Positions 60,103-64,000 of a stretch of DNA of 64,000 nt are shown in pieces (the first letter of the stretch is position 1; the number at the start of each line of letters is the position of its first letter). Both the position numbers and the translations under genes were made by a program. The notes beneath the pieces were generated by a model, which had not been told where the DNA came from, made no database searches, and saw nothing but the letters and a program-made list of their open reading frames with translations. The stretch comes from an uncultured Bacteroidales bacterium (lineage in GTDB: Bacteria; Bacteroidota; Bacteroidia; Bacteroidales; UBA7960). Location: positions 21,509-85,508 of the forward strand of contig CAYVQC010000010.1 of NCBI GenBank assembly GCA_964453995.1. The letters are read 5' to 3'.

Positions 60103-62085
60103 ATGAAAGTAAAACAAGCCCTGATTATGATTTGCGCCATTCTTATGGCTTCATCAGTTCTGGCAGAATTACCCTTCACCTTTGGAACCATCAGTCCATC
60201 AGAGATGGAAATTGATTATTACCGGGAAAAATATCCTGGTGAATCGGCTGTTGTTATTGGGGATATAGGACACTGCAGAATGAGGCCCGACAGGAGATCG
60301 GGGTTTGTTCTTTTATTTGAACGGGTATTCAGAATCGTCATTCTTAATGAAGAAGGGCTTGAATTTGGAAATTTCTCAATACCTGTTTATGAATCACCCT
60401 GGCGAAGAGAAAAAATTCGTTCCTTTCGGGCCTATGTTTATAACATGAATGAAAATGAAGAAATACATACCATAAAAATCAAATCAAGGGACGGCCTGAA
60501 TACCCAATTAAATGATCGGTATAAAGAAAAAACATTTTCGCTTCCCAATATTAAGCCTGGCAGTGTTATCGAGATTCGATACACCCTGGAGTCATTTTTT
60601 ATTTTCAACCTCAGAAACTGGTATTTCCAAAACGTTATTCCTGTAGAATACAGTGAATTCAACCTGAACATGCACCCCTGGTTCAAGTATACAGCAAGAT
60701 TCAAAGGATCATTTGACCTGGATGTAAACGAACAGATCTATTCTACAGGAGCACAAAGGCTGAAGGATATTTTTCTTGGAGAAGGAAGAAATATCCGTTA
60801 CCGTTGGGTGGCAAAAAACATAGCCCCATTAAAAGAAGAACCATATACTGACAATTTAAAAAACTACCTGGGACAGATATATTTCGAGATGACCAGCATT
60901 TATCCGCCCAACAAACCCGCTATACATTATTCCCCTTCCTGGTCGCATGCAGCACTTTACTTTTTGGAAAAGGCAAATTTTGGCGGGTACATCGAAGCTG
61001 CCGAAGATGCCTGCATGGATCATTTTCCACAGGATTCCATTAAGGAAAACGAAGAAGCTATTGCCTATGCGCTGAAAACCACTCATGATCAAATAAAATG
61101 GAATCACAACAGTTCAAATCTTACTTACAGTCATCCCAAAGAAGTATTGGAAAGAGGGTTTGGCAATAGCGCAGAGATTAATCTATTCCTTGTAGCTGTT
61201 TTACGCAAGCTCGGGGTAGATGCATATCCCGTTGCCCTTAGCACTGTCAACAATGGTTCGCTATTCAGCGATTCTCCGACAATCTCCCAATGGAATTATA
61301 TTGTGGCCATGGCAATGCTGCCCGACAGCACTCAGGTGCTGTTGGATGCAACAGTACCCAAACCCATTCCAGGCTATATTCCCTTAAGAGCACAAAATGG
61401 CCGAATGAGAATTATAGATCTGGAACGCAACGATTGGGTGATGACATATGGCAGTGGCTCCGGTTATAACGAAATCAGAACATACAATCTGGCTCTTGAC
61501 GATGGGGGCAATCTCACAGGTAATCTTGAGATTCTTTTTGAAGATTATGCTGCATACCTGATGTTCCAGAGGCTTGAATTGGAAGCCGAACAAGAAATAG
61601 CAGATATGCTGGCCAGCCAGACCGGGGCAACCATTAGCAATGTTGTCATTGAGAAGGTTGATACAGGCAATATCTGTGTGGCTGTGAAAGCCGACATGAT
61701 TATTAATGGATATTGTCAAAAAATTGGAGAGGAAATGCTCATTCCGGCAATGCTTTTTGAAACCATCACTGAGAACCCCTTCTGGTCAGAGCAAAGATTA
61801 TATCCGGTAAAATATCCCTATGCCAGCATCATCAGTTATGCTGTCAACCTGGAAAAACCCAAAGGATTTAAAGTTACATATCTACCTGAAAGCAAAACAT
61901 CTACATGGGGAGGGTTCCACTACAAATTTGATTTTTCTGAAATAGGAAATACCATTAAAATTGAAGCAATAAGGCAAATTGCAACCAGAACCATTCACAG
62001 CAACCAGTACCCTTATTTTAAATCCCATATGGACAAAATGATTGAGGATAATATTGATAACATAATACTAGCACCCATGGAATAA
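60103..62085 (+). CDS. DUF3857 + transglutaminase-like exported protein (no catalytic Cys)
   Basis: Signal peptide; PNIKPGSVIEIRY, WYFQ..IP, LKEEPY, GNSAEINL, LLDAT. Confidence 0.82.
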   Translation: MKVKQALIMICAILMASSVLAELPFTFGTISPSEMEIDYYREKYPGESAVVIGDIGHCRMRPDRRSGFVLLFERVFRIVILNEEGLEFGNFSIPVYESPWRREKIRSFRAYVYNMNENEEIHTIKIKSRDGLNTQLNDRYKEKTFSLPNIKPGSVIEIRYTLESFFIFNLRNWYFQNVIPVEYSEFNLNMHPWFKYTARFKGSFDLDVNEQIYSTGAQRLKDIFLGEGRNIRYRWVAKNIAPLKEEPYTDNLKNYLGQIYFEMTSIYPPNKPAIHYSPSWSHAALYFLEKANFGGYIEAAEDACMDHFPQDSIKENEEAIAYALKTTHDQIKWNHNSSNLTYSHPKEVLERGFGNSAEINLFLVAVLRKLGVDAYPVALSTVNNGSLFSDSPTISQWNYIVAMAMLPDSTQVLLDATVPKPIPGYIPLRAQNGRMRIIDLERNDWVMTYGSGSGYNEIRTYNLALDDGGNLTGNLEILFEDYAAYLMFQRLELEAEQEIADMLASQTGATISNVVIEKVDTGNICVAVKADMIINGYCQKIGEEMLIPAMLFETITENPFWSEQRLYPVKYPYASIISYAVNLEKPKGFKVTYLPESKTSTWGGFHYKFDFSEIGNTIKIEAIRQIATRTIHSNQYPYFKSHMDKMIEDNIDNIILAPME

Positions 62086-62148
62086 ATTTATCTGAATTGC
62101 TCATATTCCTGGATATCTGACTATTATTAACCAAAACCCAAACCCAGA

Positions 62149-64000
62149 ATGAAAGCACATTTTTTTACCATCCTCACCTGCATAATGTTGTTATGCTCTT
62201 TTTCCACCTTTTCATCACCCTTCGATTTTGGAAAAATATCTGATGAGCAGATGGACCTTGATTATTACCAAAAAAAATACCCCGGTGCACCAGCGGTTGT
62301 TATTGGCGACATTGCTGACAGCAGGTTTGTTTACAACAACTCCTCAGACAGGTTTCAGTTCCAGATGTTCCGGCAAACAAGGATTATGATCCTTAGCGAA
62401 GCAGGACTGGATTATGGCGATGTTCCCATACCATACTATCAATCCCATGATGGAAAGGAAGAAATCAGCAAATTCAAGGGTTACGTTTATAATCTTGAAG
62501 GTAAAAAAACCAACAGGATCAAGGTAAGTTACCGTGAAGCAAACACCAATGAGCTGGGCAACAACTGGAAGGAGATGATCATTCCGTTTCCTTCTGTAAA
62601 AGTAGGATCTGTTATTGAACTGAGATATGAGATCACTTCAGACTACCTTTTTAACATGCGCTCATGGTTTTTCCAGCGGGAAATCCCGGTTGAATATAGT
62701 GAGTACCAGGTTAACCTGCCCTCATTTTTCAATTACCTTGCCCGTTTCAATGGAAACTTTGAACTTGCAGTAAACGAAGAAAAAAAATCAGTAGAGAATT
62801 TTCGTGTCACTCAAAAAGTTTCCAACTATGGCCATATGATTGATGGACAGAGTTTCAATGTAAGGGCCAACAGCACACAATACAAGTGGGTGGCCAAAGA
62901 CCTCCCCGCATTGAAAGAGGAACCCTTTACCGACAATATCCGCAATTACATGGGGATGGTTTTCTTTGAAATGGTAAGTGAACAGTGGCCCGATAGGGAA
63001 CCCATAAATTATACTACAACATGGGAAGATGTGTCGAAAAACATGTTGAAGAGGGAGGATTTTGGTGAATTTCTCAAGGAGGCAGAATTCAGTTCACGAA
63101 ATTTTATTCCGGATCGCGAGCTCAAAACTCCTGATGAGATCATGGCGTGGGCCCTGGAGACGATCAACTCACAGATCAAATGGAATGGAGACGCCTCAAG
63201 ATATGCGGATCAATCTCCTGATAAGCTTATAAAACAAGGTGTAGGCAACAGTGCCGAAATCAACCTTATGCTTGTGGCTTTATTGCGCAATCTCAATCTG
63301 AAGGCCTATCCAGTGGTATTGAGCACCATTAACCACGGTGCCCTGTTTTCTGATTCACCCACCCTCTCCCAGTGGAACTACGTAGTGGCCCAGGTGCGCA
63401 TTCCAGGCCGGCAGCCCATTCTTCTGGATGCAACCACATTAAAACCCATTACCGGATATTTGCCTCCCCGGGCCATTAATGGTCGGGGCCGCGTCATTGA
63501 TCATTCTATAAATCAATGGGTTGATTTGGAAAGCAAAATCAGTTTCAATGAAAATAAAGTATATGATCTTGAGCTGGATGAGCAGGGAAATCTGGCAGGT
63601 ACCGCTACCATTCGTTGGGAAGACTATGGAGCATACCTGAAATTACAGGATCTGGCCCAGGAAGAAAAAGATGAATTTGCAAAAGAGATTTCGTCGGATC
63701 TGGGGGTGAGTCTATCGGAAGTAGAACTACAAACCTTTGAAGATGATACACTGGCACTTATTATGCAGGCCAGGGTCAATGCAACTGGCTTTGCCCAGGT
63801 GATAGGAAACGAAATGCTCCTCCCCGGACTTTTGTACGAAACCATGGAGGAGAATCCCCTGAAAACGGATCAACGGCAGTTCCCCGTAATGCTTCCCTAC
63901 AAGCTCAATTCCAACATTACCTTTAACATTAAGCTTCCGGATGGTTTCTCTGCTGTTCACCTGCCCGAAAGAAAGGCTTCTTCTTTTCATAGGTTTGCCC
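62149..64000 (+). CDS. Second DUF3857/transglutaminase-like paralog; runs off the window end
   Basis: Not in the ORF track; translated by hand from ATG 62149: MKAHFFTILTC...FDFGKIS...PSVKVGSVIELRY...WFFQREIP...GNSAEINL...LLDAT. Confidence 0.82.
   Translation, partial: MKAHFFTILTCIMLLCSFSTFSSPFDFGKISDEQMDLDYYQKKYPGAPAVVIGDIADSRFVYNNSSDRFQFQMFRQTRIMILSEAGLDYGDVPIPYYQSHDGKEEISKFKGYVYNLEGKKTNRIKVSYREANTNELGNNWKEMIIPFPSVKVGSVIELRYEITSDYLFNMRSWFFQREIPVEYSEYQVNLPSFFNYLARFNGNFELAVNEEKKSVENFRVTQKVSNYGHMIDGQSFNVRANSTQYKWVAKDLPALKEEPFTDNIRNYMGMVFFEMVSEQWPDREPINYTTTWEDVSKNMLKREDFGEFLKEAEFSSRNFIPDRELKTPDEIMAWALETINSQIKWNGDASRYADQSPDKLIKQGVGNSAEINLMLVALLRNLNLKAYPVVLSTINHGALFSDSPTLSQWNYVVAQVRIPGRQPILLDATTLKPITGYLPPRAINGRGRVIDHSINQWVDLESKISFNENKVYDLELDEQGNLAGTATIRWEDYGAYLKLQDLAQEEKDEFAKEISSDLGVSLSEVELQTFEDDTLALIMQARVNATGFAQVIGNEMLLPGLLYETMEENPLKTDQRQFPVMLPYKLNSNITFNIKLPDGFSAVHLPERKASSFHRFA

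Overview
This is a 64-kb chromosomal window from a Bacteroidota bacterium, probably a Bacteroidales-like anaerobe or aerotolerant organism. The assignment rests on T9SS C-terminal domains, many TAnnTTTG -7 promoter elements, A-rich starts without Shine-Dalgarno sequences, and Bacteroidota-typical DUFs. I found no rRNA, tRNA, CRISPR array, prophage or transposase. There are about 50 CDS, most of them housekeeping or stress genes (selO/ydiU, hsp20, photolyase, glgB, rnz, lplA, tgt, lptG, thioredoxins, prmC). Main points of interest: (1) a cyanophycinase - CphA2-like cyanophycin synthetase - isoaspartyl dipeptidase cluster (15.3-19.5 kb), where CphA2 is known to me only from cyanobacteria and no CphA1 is present in the window; (2) a YfiR-family gene followed by two membrane receptors (sensor-HAMP-GAF-coiled coil-PAS) with no output domain; (3) two giant acidic surface proteins, one ending in a dockerin-like module without a T9SS CTD and the next starting with a cohesin-like module and ending in a T9SS CTD; (4) an aspartase fused to a cNMP-binding domain; (5) an Rrf2-headed hcp nitrosative-stress cluster with candidate operators and a frameshifted cupin; (6) non-coding structures, namely a sigma54 promoter with an enhancer palindrome at hsp20, a leader with repeated CUCC-loop hairpins, and an orphan terminator that may mark an sRNA. 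All family calls come from motif recognition by eye, not from database searches.
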